Below, in pieces: positions 1 to 8,530 of a DNA stretch of 64,000 nucleotides. The translations under genes were made by a program, and so were the position numbers. Below the pieces are notes generated by a model. That model was not told where the DNA came from, made no database searches, and worked only from the letters and a program-made list of their open reading frames with translations. The stretch is from a virus. Lineage: Duplodnaviria; Caudoviricetes. The first letter of the stretch is position 1. Every line of letters begins with the position of its first letter. The DNA lies in IMG/VR virus record IMGVR_UViG_2556921664_000001, positions 8,766 to 72,765 of that record; one strand, 5' to 3'.

Positions 1-193
1 TATAGGCCCTGTTTGTGAGAATCCTGCCAATACTGCAATGCCATGAGCTAATGCCAACAGCTTCTCCGACACAGTGCAATCCATATCCTTGAAGATAAAG
101 CTCATACATTCTTATGACCTTGGGGCCATCAACCGGATCTATTACCAGTTCCCCATTTTTGATGCAGTAACCAAATGGTATGTGTGAAATCAT
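1..193 (-). CDS. Recombinase-domain accessory protein, 5' part only (runs off the window)
   Basis: Not in the ORF track. ATG at 193 overlaps the TGA of the upstream recombinase (ATGA). Translates MISHIPFGYCIKNGELVIDP...RILTNRAY, with the P(F/Y)GY recombinase-domain start. Confidence 0.75.
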   Translation of the reverse strand, partial: MISHIPFGYCIKNGELVIDPVDGPKVIRMYELYLQGYGLHCVGEAVGISSWHCSIGRILTNRAY

Positions 194-1707
194 GCTCTCA
201 CCAGCCTTTCCCTTAATCTTAGTCCGCATTTCAGCTCAAATATGATTTCCTTTTTGGATAGCACAACTACCCTGTCTACTATTGCTGTAAAAATGTTATC
301 TGAAAACTCTTTCTGTACACCTTTCTTATCACATATGCCGATAAGTTCCCTAAGTGCTGTTTTACGGTCCACTTTACTTCTAATGTTTTCACCCACGCGA
401 ATCTTATCCCTGGCTTTACTTATTTTTATCAGCTCTGGTAATATTACCGAACTGCTGAGATTATGTTTTGCCTGCATCTCAAGAAGTAACGCCTCTTGGG
501 AATTCAGTCTATCCAGTTCAGATTCATTGTTCTCGCAGTGCGGAATCTCAGTGTTACTCAAGTCACTAAGCATTGTTTTTAAAACCCTGTTCTTGATACA
601 TATCAGCTTATTTACCATGGTACAGAATGCGTCCTTCAAGGCTGCCTCTTTTATTGCCTTCATAGAGCACTTTGATTTATCCCTTATGTGCTCCGGGCAG
701 GCCAGCAACGGATACTTAATGTCTCCAGTATGCTGGATTTTATGTCTGAGTACACTATTACATTCTCCGCAACATACTTTGCCGGAAAAAGCATATCTTT
801 TCTTATACTTGGTAGGGGCTTCTTTTGCCTCTTCCCGCAGTTCGGCGAGTTTCTGCAGTCTATCAAATACTTCCTGGGAAATAATTGCATCGTGATGCTT
901 CTCACAGTAATATGCATCCACATTATTTTTGTTCTTGTGGCGTTTCCCGTCACTGCCAATATAGGTGGACTGGAAGATTATATTTCCAGTATAAAAAATG
1001 TTGTTCTGTATCCTTTTTACTGTGGATGCGTCCCACTTTTTTCCTCTTGGGGATGGTATTGAAAGCTCATTTAACTTTTTTGCAATGGCATAACCTCCCA
1101 GTCCATCAAGTCCACATGTAAAGATTTTCTTCACTATTTCCGCCTTTTCATTATCCAATTTAATGACACCTTCTTCATATATGTAGCCGTAAGGCGGTGA
1201 AACCATCTTGTAAGTTCCATCCTGGAATCGTTTCTGAATTCCCCACTTTATATTCTCTGATAACGACTTTGATTCATTTTCAGCCAATGCACTTACAACT
1301 GACATATAGAGCTCTGCATCCATATCCTTTGTATTGATATTATCCTGCTCAAATTTTACATATATGCCTTTTACAGCAAGTGTCCTGACTGTTTCAAGAC
1401 AATCCAATGTATTTCTGGCAAATCTGCTGATTGACTTTGTGAGGATAAAATCTATCTTTCCTGCTATGGCATCACTAACCAACTGCTTAAAACCATCACG
1501 TCTGTTTATGGAGCGTCCGCTGATACCATCATCAGAATACACTCCTACAAAGGACCATTCCGGGTGTGCCCTAATGTACTCCTCATAGTGCTTCTTTTGG
1601 TTATCCAGGCTGGCCAACTGATCAGCGTCTGAGGTAGAAACTCTACAGTATGCAGCAACCTTCAGTTTATTCTCAGGTCTTTTATCAATAATTTTTATTG
1701 TAGGCAT
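190..1707 (-). CDS. Large serine recombinase (integrase)
   Basis: YCRVST catalytic Ser, DDGISG, KSISRFARN, PPYGY recombinase domain, CCGEC...C zinc ribbon, coiled coil. Start at 1707 chosen from the GGAGG RBS. Confidence 0.95.
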   Translation of the reverse strand: MPTIKIIDKRPENKLKVAAYCRVSTSDADQLASLDNQKKHYEEYIRAHPEWSFVGVYSDDGISGRSINRRDGFKQLVSDAIAGKIDFILTKSISRFARNTLDCLETVRTLAVKGIYVKFEQDNINTKDMDAELYMSVVSALAENESKSLSENIKWGIQKRFQDGTYKMVSPPYGYIYEEGVIKLDNEKAEIVKKIFTCGLDGLGGYAIAKKLNELSIPSPRGKKWDASTVKRIQNNIFYTGNIIFQSTYIGSDGKRHKNKNNVDAYYCEKHHDAIISQEVFDRLQKLAELREEAKEAPTKYKKRYAFSGKVCCGECNSVLRHKIQHTGDIKYPLLACPEHIRDKSKCSMKAIKEAALKDAFCTMVNKLICIKNRVLKTMLSDLSNTEIPHCENNESELDRLNSQEALLLEMQAKHNLSSSVILPELIKISKARDKIRVGENIRSKVDRKTALRELIGICDKKGVQKEFSDNIFTAIVDRVVVLSKKEIIFELKCGLRLRERLVRA

Positions 1708-1738
1708 TGGAACCACCTCCCTTCATCAGCATGAGATA

Positions 1739-1984
1739 TTACCTCTGTAAATCAGTTGTATCAAGTGATTTAGGCAACAAGTCCACTGAAATTATAGGAA
1801 AGGAGTCTTTATTTAACTCAGTTATTTCCTTATACTGTGGAACTGAAATTAGGCCTTTATCTAGCAGTCCTTTAGTGAGCTTTGAAGCCAAGAGCCAACC
1901 AACCTCTATATAAAATTCATCCTCGGTAAACGGTATAGCTTCAATATGAGTACAAGCTGTGTTCTCATCCATAATCAAAAACAC
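1739..1984 (-). CDS. Small SHOCT-like protein preceding the recombinase cassette
   Basis: LASKLTKGLLDKGLISVPQYKEITELN pattern and position directly upstream of the serine recombinases. Confidence 0.65.
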   Translation of the reverse strand: MFLIMDENTACTHIEAIPFTEDEFYIEVGWLLASKLTKGLLDKGLISVPQYKEITELNKDSFPIISVDLLPKSLDTTDLQR

Positions 1985-1992
1985 CTCCTGAT

Positions 1993-2023
1993 TATCACTG
2001 GAGGTTCATTCCATTTTTGAGCA
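1993..2023 (-). promoter_or_regulatory. Bipartite motif TGCTCAA-N13-CTCCAGTGATA, copy 1, upstream of the recombinase operon
   Basis: Both arms and the 13-nt spacing are identical to the copies at 57314-57344 and 61447-61477; followed by an AGGAGG RBS. Confidence 0.7.
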
Positions 2024-2054
2024 TAAAAAATTACCGGGTTTAAAACCCGGATAT

Positions 2055-2083
2055 TTGCTTTATCCCACTATAAGGAGTATACT
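2055..2083 (+). promoter_or_regulatory. Sigma70-type promoter for the 133-aa ORF
   Basis: TTGCTT-17 nt-TATACT. Confidence 0.5.
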
Positions 2084-2119
2084 TGCTATTGTTTACTCAA
2101 TATTCACAAAGGATTTTTT

Positions 2120-2521
2120 ATGTATACCTATCTAAAACCAGTAGAGACCAAAAACGAGTTATTAACCCATACCAAAATTGTAGATATGGTACGCGATAAA
2201 TACGACATATGCTCAAGGCAAAATAGTAAATCCAGCGCACCCAAAGGACTAATTTCCGACCTGCTATACATATTCAACGATGAAGCTAATCGAGTATTTT
2301 ACACATGCTATGATTCATTCAACAATAACATCAAGCGCATATTTACAGGGATAGACAGCGTAGAAGCAGTATTTGACAAGATTGATACTCTCCTAAATGA
2401 AAATTCTGCCATATATGTGAGAACAAAAACTAAGGACCACCTTCTTACCCATGCTGAAGTTCTAATCACCCCTGAAATGCGGAAAACTTCCCCAATAATC
2501 GACATATACGATTTAGTATAA
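2120..2521 (+). CDS. Hypothetical protein (133 aa)
   Basis: ORF bracketed by a promoter and a terminator; no recognisable motif. Confidence 0.6.
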   Translation: MYTYLKPVETKNELLTHTKIVDMVRDKYDICSRQNSKSSAPKGLISDLLYIFNDEANRVFYTCYDSFNNNIKRIFTGIDSVEAVFDKIDTLLNENSAIYVRTKTKDHLLTHAEVLITPEMRKTSPIIDIYDLV

Positions 2522-2760
2522 AAAGAAGCCATCGAAGCATCATTGCAACGATGGCTATTTTAATACACGACAACTTTGTATCATTTGTTCTGAGCCCTTA
2601 CTCTGCTTGGCCTCAGAGTCCCATTTACATTACCTAATTGTAGCACCAAAAGCGGCAAGGCCAGCTGCCGCCCATCACTCCTGGTAGTGATGCCGATTAA
2701 GCAGAGAGGTAGTTCCCAGGCGCCAAGACTGCTTAATAGCCTGTTCCGGTTCAGGTGATA
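2521..2760 (-). ncRNA. Candidate structured non-coding RNA (~240 nt), family not recognised
   Basis: Five tandem hairpins (2600-2619, 2652-2671, 2673-2692, 2696-2737, 2740-2755), two complementary loop pairs, an upstream promoter and a downstream U-tailed terminator, and no long ORF. Confidence 0.6.
2527..2556. terminator. Bidirectional intrinsic terminator
   Basis: AGCCATCG/CGATGGCT stem with A/T tracts on both sides. Confidence 0.7.
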
Positions 2761-2765
2761 TGTAT

Positions 2766-2794
2766 ATTGTAGCAGATATTTAGTTTTAAGTTAA
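2766..2794 (-). promoter_or_regulatory. Extended -10 promoter for the candidate ncRNA
   Basis: Minus strand TTAACT-17 nt-TACAAT with TG at the extended -10 position. Confidence 0.55.
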
Positions 2795-2856
2795 TAAAGG
2801 TTTTTAGGATTTAATGTAGAATTGTATAAAGCAATATAGAAAGGCGAGGTGATCGT

Positions 2857-3612
2857 ATGGCTTTTGATCCTGGTTTAAACATAGGAGATGTATTGAATAA
2901 TGCTGATATTGTCGAGAAGTTTAAGTGTAGCAATCAGAGCGGTATGCGTCGGTCAAAAACGACTAATACTTTGGTGCTAGTATCTGATTATACGAAGGGC
3001 ATTTATCACGATAAGTGGATCGGTGGAGTGCTGCACTATACAGGAATGGGGAAAAACGGAGATCAGGATATTAATTATGGTCAAAATGCCACACTTGCTA
3101 GATGTGATCATAATGGTGTTGATGTACACCTTTTTGAGGTTATCGATGAAGGTGAATACATTTATTGTGGAAGAGTAAAACTTGTAGATAAGCCATATAA
3201 TGAGATCCAGACAGGGGAAGATGGTAATCCAAGAAAAGTATGGATGTTTCCTATTAGACCAGTTCCCGATAACGACGTAAAGAAACCTCCAATGTTCGTA
3301 TTTGAGGATATGGAGGATTTCAAGAATAGAGGCAAAGACGTAGAGACTCGATATAGTAAGTATCTTGCTGATAAGAAGAAGAACGGAGGTAAGATTGCTT
3401 TTGTTCAGCCTGTTCCTCTAAAACCACAACCTAAACCGCCGGTGATCATACCAGCAGATATTGTTGGGAAGAAGGTCAGTCATAAATCTTTTGGAACAGG
3501 AGTTATTACAGGTACGGAAGTAGGAACTATTGTTGTCAATTTTGATAAGGTTGGCGAGAAGAAAATGGGATATGAAATTTGTGTGAAGAATAAGCTCCTG
3601 CAATTTCTATAG
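2857..3612 (+). CDS. ScoMcrA-like SRA (modified-cytosine reader) domain fused to a PcrA/UvrD-like C-terminal Tudor domain
   Basis: GMRRSKTTNTLVLVSD...YHDKW...LHYTGMGKNGDQ...VHLFE...YIYCG is SRA-type. A Pro-rich linker follows, then VGKKVSHKSFGTGVITG...VNFDKVGEKK. No HNH motif. Confidence 0.7.
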   Translation: MAFDPGLNIGDVLNNADIVEKFKCSNQSGMRRSKTTNTLVLVSDYTKGIYHDKWIGGVLHYTGMGKNGDQDINYGQNATLARCDHNGVDVHLFEVIDEGEYIYCGRVKLVDKPYNEIQTGEDGNPRKVWMFPIRPVPDNDVKKPPMFVFEDMEDFKNRGKDVETRYSKYLADKKKNGGKIAFVQPVPLKPQPKPPVIIPADIVGKKVSHKSFGTGVITGTEVGTIVVNFDKVGEKKMGYEICVKNKLLQFL

Positions 3613-3745
3613 AAAAACTGGTGTAGGAGCACGTGAACACTAATTATTTTCATAGATATCATAGGGAGAGAGTTGCTTTATGGCTAGTTGAGAACAACTG
3701 CTGGGCATAGTAACAGACTTCCGATAAAATGCCCTTATCATAAAA

Positions 3746-3784
3746 AAATCCCCCGGAAACAGCATCGTTGCTTTCGGGGGATTT
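3746..3784. terminator. Terminator between convergent transcription units
   Basis: AAATCCCCC...GGGGGATTT stem between the + SRA gene and the minus-strand AAA operon. Confidence 0.65.
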
Positions 3785-3953
3785 GGCATTTTTATATGGT
3801 AATTAAGTTGATTTATCAGTGATGTGAATATGGGGTACCGGAAATCAGAGATTATTCTGTGGGACGTAAAATCCAATCTCTCCTATACCATACATCATTA
3901 TTACTAGTATTTCCCCTTCTTTTGGCACATCTTAGGAATCGGGCAAGGAAAAA

Positions 3954-4445
3954 TCAAGAAGGAATTACTGCAACTGTCCCATCTTCACTGACTGCGCGAC
4001 AACAATCCGAATATACTTCAATAAATGCATATCCCCCATGAAGAGCTATTCCTCTGGCCTTCTCCAATCCATCGGGAAGTGGCTGTCCCGCTTTATAGTG
4101 CTCAATAATTCCGCCTATTATGTCCAAAGTATGTACTTCATAAGGCTTTCCTAAATAGCATTTGGAAACATACCCAAGCAAAATCCCCGACATTTCCAGT
4201 TCCGGGAATTCCAGACTGATTTTATTGATAATCTCATCAACTTTACTCTGGTTCATTACATGCCCACCCGCATCAAGCTCATGGATGGCCTCAATATATT
4301 GCTTGCTACGTTTTTTGCGGAGCAAGCGATCCAAGCGAATCTTTTCCGCCTCACTTTGAATACGTTGTGTATTAGGTTGCAGCATTTGATTCAAATTAGT
4401 CTCTGACTTGTTCTTTTCTTGGACACGCAACATAGGCCTCGGCAT
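3954..4445 (-). CDS. Conserved hypothetical protein, last gene of the AAA operon (CYLGxPYEVHTLD motif)
   Basis: ORF with GGAGG RBS and a globular alpha/beta C-terminal region. Confidence 0.75.
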   Translation of the reverse strand: MPRPMLRVQEKNKSETNLNQMLQPNTQRIQSEAEKIRLDRLLRKKRSKQYIEAIHELDAGGHVMNQSKVDEIINKISLEFPELEMSGILLGYVSKCYLGKPYEVHTLDIIGGIIEHYKAGQPLPDGLEKARGIALHGGYAFIEVYSDCCRAVSEDGTVAVIPS

Positions 4446-4497
4446 ATCAATCCCTCCGATGTTTTTTTATTCGGCCGTTTACAAAAGTCTTTTTCAA

Positions 4498-6072
4498 TCA
4501 TAAAAGCACCTTGCGAGTCTTTGGTCCACTTTGCTGGGCAATTTTCTCCCCGCCAATAGGTTTGCCGGAAGCTGGCACAGCACGCTCTTTTCCCCACTCG
4601 CGAATTGCCTCAATTTTTTCTGGGCTGGTCTGGGACAATGGAATTACATTATTAAATGCTGTAATTATATTCTCCGAGGTCAGTGTAAAATTCTCATTTG
4701 CAATTGTCCTATATGCCAAATCGCGTACAGTGGACTCTAAATCAGCACCAGTGAAGCCATCACTGATTTGAACAATTTTATCTGCAAACTCCCCGCTAAA
4801 GTCCATGTCCAAGTATTTTTTCATATAGAGAGCCAATATTTCCCTGCGCTCATCAACTGTAGGAAGATCAACAAAGAACAGCTCGTCAAAACGACCACGC
4901 CGCAAAAGCTCCGATGGAAGCATAGAAACGTCATTCGCCGTTGCAACCACAAACACTTGCTTTTTACATTCCTGAAGCCAGAACAGGAACTGCCCTACCA
5001 TTCTTGTGGATACGCCGCCGTCTCCGGCACCGCCAGTGGCCCCAGACAGACCTTTTTCAATTTCATCAATCCACAAAATACAAGGAGATACATTCTCCGC
5101 AGTAGTCAGAGCATCCTTAAGCTGCTGTTCTGACTGGCCCACATAGCTTCCCTGTACTGTAGCAAAATCCAATCGATAAAGAGGAAGTCTCCAATTAGCA
5201 GATATGGATTTTGCAGATAACGATTTTCCGCACCCTGGAACCCCCACCAGCAATATGCCTCTTGGTGGTAACAGACCCTTGGCACGCAACATATCTCTTT
5301 TTTCAGGCTTCATCAATTCCTTCTTCTCATCCAACCAGCTCTGGAGCCCTTGCAATCCGCCCACATCTTTCAAACTGTCATCCACATCGATTTTTTCCAG
5401 CCCGGATATATCGGAAAATAAGCGATTTTTTGCATACCTAATTTCATCCATATCAGATTTTAAAATACGTTTGTTTGCAATCAGTGCCGCAATTACGTTT
5501 TCTGCCTCGATTTTGCTTACTCCTGCCAACGCAGAGGCTGCTTCCCGAATATCATTATTGTCCCATTCTATTTGGATTTCACTGCGATAATCGTCAATAT
5601 ACTCCTTAATAATGGAATACATTTCATCCTCTGTAGGCAAACCGATTTTTACAATCATCCCTTGCCGCTGCAAATGATTCCATACAGCATTGTGGGTCAT
5701 AACAATCACGACCCCACCTGTTTCATTAGCCAGATTTACCAATGCCAGTAATTGCTTTGATTCGCTGTTTTCAGTACTTATATCCGGAACCTCAGTCAAC
5801 ACAATGGTCAAATATTGTCTGCGCTGCATCTGCTCCGTTATATAATCTATGGCACCATAGAAGGATTTGTCTTCATTGACGACCTTGTCAGTAGTGATAT
5901 CATAAATTCCCCTAGAGGATGTGTGTACTAAAAATGACAGCTGCAGTTCCTCGGCCGTATTCTTGAGGATATCCAGTGTTCGCCCATGTTCTATGGTATG
6001 AATTGCAATAAAAGGTATTCTGGCGATAGAATATCTTTTTAACAGTTCCTTGCTTTTATTGATATCACTCAC
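4498..6072 (-). CDS. AAA+ ATPase, Ycf46-like (degenerate N-terminal AAA-like domain plus active C-terminal AAA)
   Basis: Walker A GVPGCGKS, Walker B ILWIDE, ATAN sensor, LLRRGRFD arginine finger. Confidence 0.9.
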   Translation of the reverse strand: MSDINKSKELLKRYSIARIPFIAIHTIEHGRTLDILKNTAEELQLSFLVHTSSRGIYDITTDKVVNEDKSFYGAIDYITEQMQRRQYLTIVLTEVPDISTENSESKQLLALVNLANETGGVVIVMTHNAVWNHLQRQGMIVKIGLPTEDEMYSIIKEYIDDYRSEIQIEWDNNDIREAASALAGVSKIEAENVIAALIANKRILKSDMDEIRYAKNRLFSDISGLEKIDVDDSLKDVGGLQGLQSWLDEKKELMKPEKRDMLRAKGLLPPRGILLVGVPGCGKSLSAKSISANWRLPLYRLDFATVQGSYVGQSEQQLKDALTTAENVSPCILWIDEIEKGLSGATGGAGDGGVSTRMVGQFLFWLQECKKQVFVVATANDVSMLPSELLRRGRFDELFFVDLPTVDERREILALYMKKYLDMDFSGEFADKIVQISDGFTGADLESTVRDLAYRTIANENFTLTSENIITAFNNVIPLSQTSPEKIEAIREWGKERAVPASGKPIGGEKIAQQSGPKTRKVLL

Positions 6073-6076
6073 AAAA

Positions 6077-6583
6077 CTACACCCCTTTCAAGGAATTTAC
6101 CTTATTGTTACGCACTATGCTCAGCAACTTTCCGCTACGATCCCGTTTGGCGGAATCCTCCAATGAATGTTGCATCTTATCCGCCTGTTCTTGAACCAGC
6201 TCCTGCAGTTTTTCTCGATGCTCTGCTGGCAATACTGGCAAATCGAGAGCCGCAGAAAGAAAACGCATTTCCTTTCTTACAGCCAAAATGGCGCGTACAA
6301 TGGATGACTCACTCCCCATTGTTCTCCCCATGTCCTTTTGAAATTTGTCAGTAGCCTCATTCATCCGATGATTCACCGCATCAATCAATCTCTTGGAAAA
6401 TCGTTCTGCAACACCCGATTGCCATTCCAATTCTCCATGTTGCATTGCCTCCAGTACATCTGTATCGTTTTCCCCGCCCTTAAAGAGCTCAATCACTGTT
6501 ACCCATTCAGAATATTGGCGTGGCGCTGGTATCATGTCTATCGCTTCCTCCTTACCGGCATTTGCGGCGGAACCAAATCCCAT
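6077..6583 (-). CDS. Hypothetical alpha-helical protein (168 aa)
   Basis: Tightly coupled in the operon (4-nt gap to the AAA gene); helical composition. Confidence 0.75.
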   Translation of the reverse strand: MGFGSAANAGKEEAIDMIPAPRQYSEWVTVIELFKGGENDTDVLEAMQHGELEWQSGVAERFSKRLIDAVNHRMNEATDKFQKDMGRTMGSESSIVRAILAVRKEMRFLSAALDLPVLPAEHREKLQELVQEQADKMQHSLEDSAKRDRSGKLLSIVRNNKVNSLKGV

Positions 6584-6750
6584 GAAGGCAAGCCCTGGGC
6601 AAATGCGCCCTTTGCCTCTTCGTTGATTTCTGAACTGTCTGCCTCGTCAGATGCAAATGCCTGTGGATCAACAGTGGCATACCCTGGCTTCTTTTTTTCA
6701 GAGGTGTCGGCTACCCCGTTGATGAAATCAGCCCTCATCTTGGCATCCAT
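6538..6750 (-). CDS. Small acidic hypothetical protein (70 aa)
   Basis: Strong RBS (AAGGAGGAGAGG); C-terminal LPSWDLVPP motif; overlaps the next gene. Confidence 0.65.
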   Translation of the reverse strand: MDAKMRADFINGVADTSEKKKPGYATVDPQAFASDEADSSEINEEAKGAFAQGLPSWDLVPPQMPVRRKR

Positions 6751-6765
6751 AATTTCCTCTCCTCC

Positions 6766-8490
6766 TTATACCCGAATAGTGCGCTTTGCCCCAGCAAGTC
6801 TCTTAACATATTGCTCCGGCTTAATCTGTTCCAGAAAATCCAATACCTTTTGGCTCTCCGAATCCCTATTGGAAAAATCCGCACGGAAGTCGACGACCTC
6901 CGCCAAAACAGCTCTAATCATTTGGCTGCCAGTTTTCACTTTTTTGGCAAATTGTTCCTCAATGTCCGCACGCACTTTTTCCAGTTCTTTCTTGCGTGAA
7001 AAATGCTTTAAGATACATCCGAATCCAGCCAATACTACCACAACTCCCAATTTCCCGGTTTGGGCCATTATCAGGCCGACAACAATGAGCGCACCACCGC
7101 CGTAAAGACAAAATTTGTCAAATAGTGTGAGCACATGAGGCGCAAGTGCCTGTTCTTTTTCGGCATCTACTTCCCCTTGGTATTTCGCTAATAATTCAGC
7201 CTCATTAGTCCCGTCGACGGTTGTCCCTTGGAAGTTATCAATTGTAAAAGGAATCTCATGAGGTATTTTCATCCGGTTTTTCGCAACAATATCTGTATAG
7301 GCATTGTAAATCCAATCCCTCGACAAAGCTATGGCAAGTTTTTGGGTTGATGGGCTGGCATGTGAACTTGCGGCATTCATAGCAGCATCAGTCAAAAGCT
7401 GGGTAAAATCCTTGCGGGATTCAAACGCTGATTTTTCCAAAGTCATATTTCTATTTGCACGGTCCTCATCACCATTGAATTTTACAATCAACATATCCAG
7501 CTGTTCCTGCCTGCGGAGCGGTAATTCTTCTTCATCATAATCTGTCACAAGACTTTTCAATATACTATCCAGTTGTTGCTCAAGTTTCATGCTTGTAGAG
7601 GGCTGGGCAAAAATCTGAGAAAAATATTTCAGAATTTTTTCGTGCAAACTAGCTCCTTCCAAAATATCTGCCATGACAGGCCACAATGCCGTATAGCGTC
7701 TAACATATTGGTAGGAAGACGTGTCGATTGGCGTACGTTTTGCAATGATTGCATTGGACCACTGTCTTGTCTGCTGTTCAACAAAACCTGTTCTTTCAGA
7801 TAAATATGCCAACCATTCGTTCATTTGTCTGGCAACAAGTCCCTCCGTGTCCGCCCCGAACAAGCCGTTGGCATAAGCATCAAGTATTATAACAGCTGTG
7901 CGCTCAAGAGCTGCTGCATCCTGATTTGCCAAATAACGTTGCAACCATTGAATACTTGCTCTTTTACGTGCAGCCCTACGGCATACCAACAGGAAAAATA
8001 AGGACGTCTTTGTGTCGCTTCTCCTGATTCCTTCCTTCAGTGCTCTTTCCGCCAGTTCCGGCTGATCGCTGATCCAGGCCGCCAAAGCAACAAGACAAGG
8101 AGCAAGCCAATATCCTGGTGTAGAAAGCATCAATTCCTCAGTAGCGGTGCTTATTGTTTCCTTTCTTACAATTCCCAAATCGTCCGCCTGTAAAATACCA
8201 GTGGCCGTACGACGAACAAGCTCGTAATGCCCAAATTGACGTTCCAGTGTCTGCCGAACTTCTATAAGGTCAGTCTTTGCCCGTTGCAGATTATTAGCCA
8301 AATGCTGATACTGAATAAACTGTTGCAGGTCGTTTTTTAAAGTATCAAGGGTATCATCTACATCGCGCATGCGTTCATCCAAGCGACCAATGTCATCATT
8401 AATACGTTCCAAATCCCTGCTGATGTCCAGCAAATTATCTTCAATTGTGCTAAGATCAGCTTCCTGAATTATCCGTTCACTCACGACCAT
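6766..8490 (-). CDS. Coiled-coil/helical-repeat membrane protein with a C-terminal transmembrane hairpin (574 aa)
   Basis: N-terminal heptads (IEDNLLDISRDLERINDDIGRLDERM); two hydrophobic segments near residues 460-500. Confidence 0.8.
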   Translation of the reverse strand: MVVSERIIQEADLSTIEDNLLDISRDLERINDDIGRLDERMRDVDDTLDTLKNDLQQFIQYQHLANNLQRAKTDLIEVRQTLERQFGHYELVRRTATGILQADDLGIVRKETISTATEELMLSTPGYWLAPCLVALAAWISDQPELAERALKEGIRRSDTKTSLFFLLVCRRAARKRASIQWLQRYLANQDAAALERTAVIILDAYANGLFGADTEGLVARQMNEWLAYLSERTGFVEQQTRQWSNAIIAKRTPIDTSSYQYVRRYTALWPVMADILEGASLHEKILKYFSQIFAQPSTSMKLEQQLDSILKSLVTDYDEEELPLRRQEQLDMLIVKFNGDEDRANRNMTLEKSAFESRKDFTQLLTDAAMNAASSHASPSTQKLAIALSRDWIYNAYTDIVAKNRMKIPHEIPFTIDNFQGTTVDGTNEAELLAKYQGEVDAEKEQALAPHVLTLFDKFCLYGGGALIVVGLIMAQTGKLGVVVVLAGFGCILKHFSRKKELEKVRADIEEQFAKKVKTGSQMIRAVLAEVVDFRADFSNRDSESQKVLDFLEQIKPEQYVKRLAGAKRTIRV

Positions 8491-8530
8491 CCCCCCTTGT
8501 ATATCAAAAACGATTATTCATACTGCTTTA

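Noticed and set aside
242-1588. Plus-strand ORFs (217, 124, 78, 84 aa) over the recombinase
   Set aside because: Antisense shadows of a well-supported gene, with no RBS or motifs.
2521-2760. Retron msr-msd, CRISPR tracr or type III TA RNA interpretation of the hairpin cluster
   Set aside because: No reverse transcriptase, Cas or ToxN-type gene nearby, no flanking a1/a2 repeats, and no tandem repeat units.
6338-7105. 255-aa plus-strand ORF across three operon genes
   Set aside because: Antisense to a coherent operon; Ser/Phe-rich composition typical of shadow frames.
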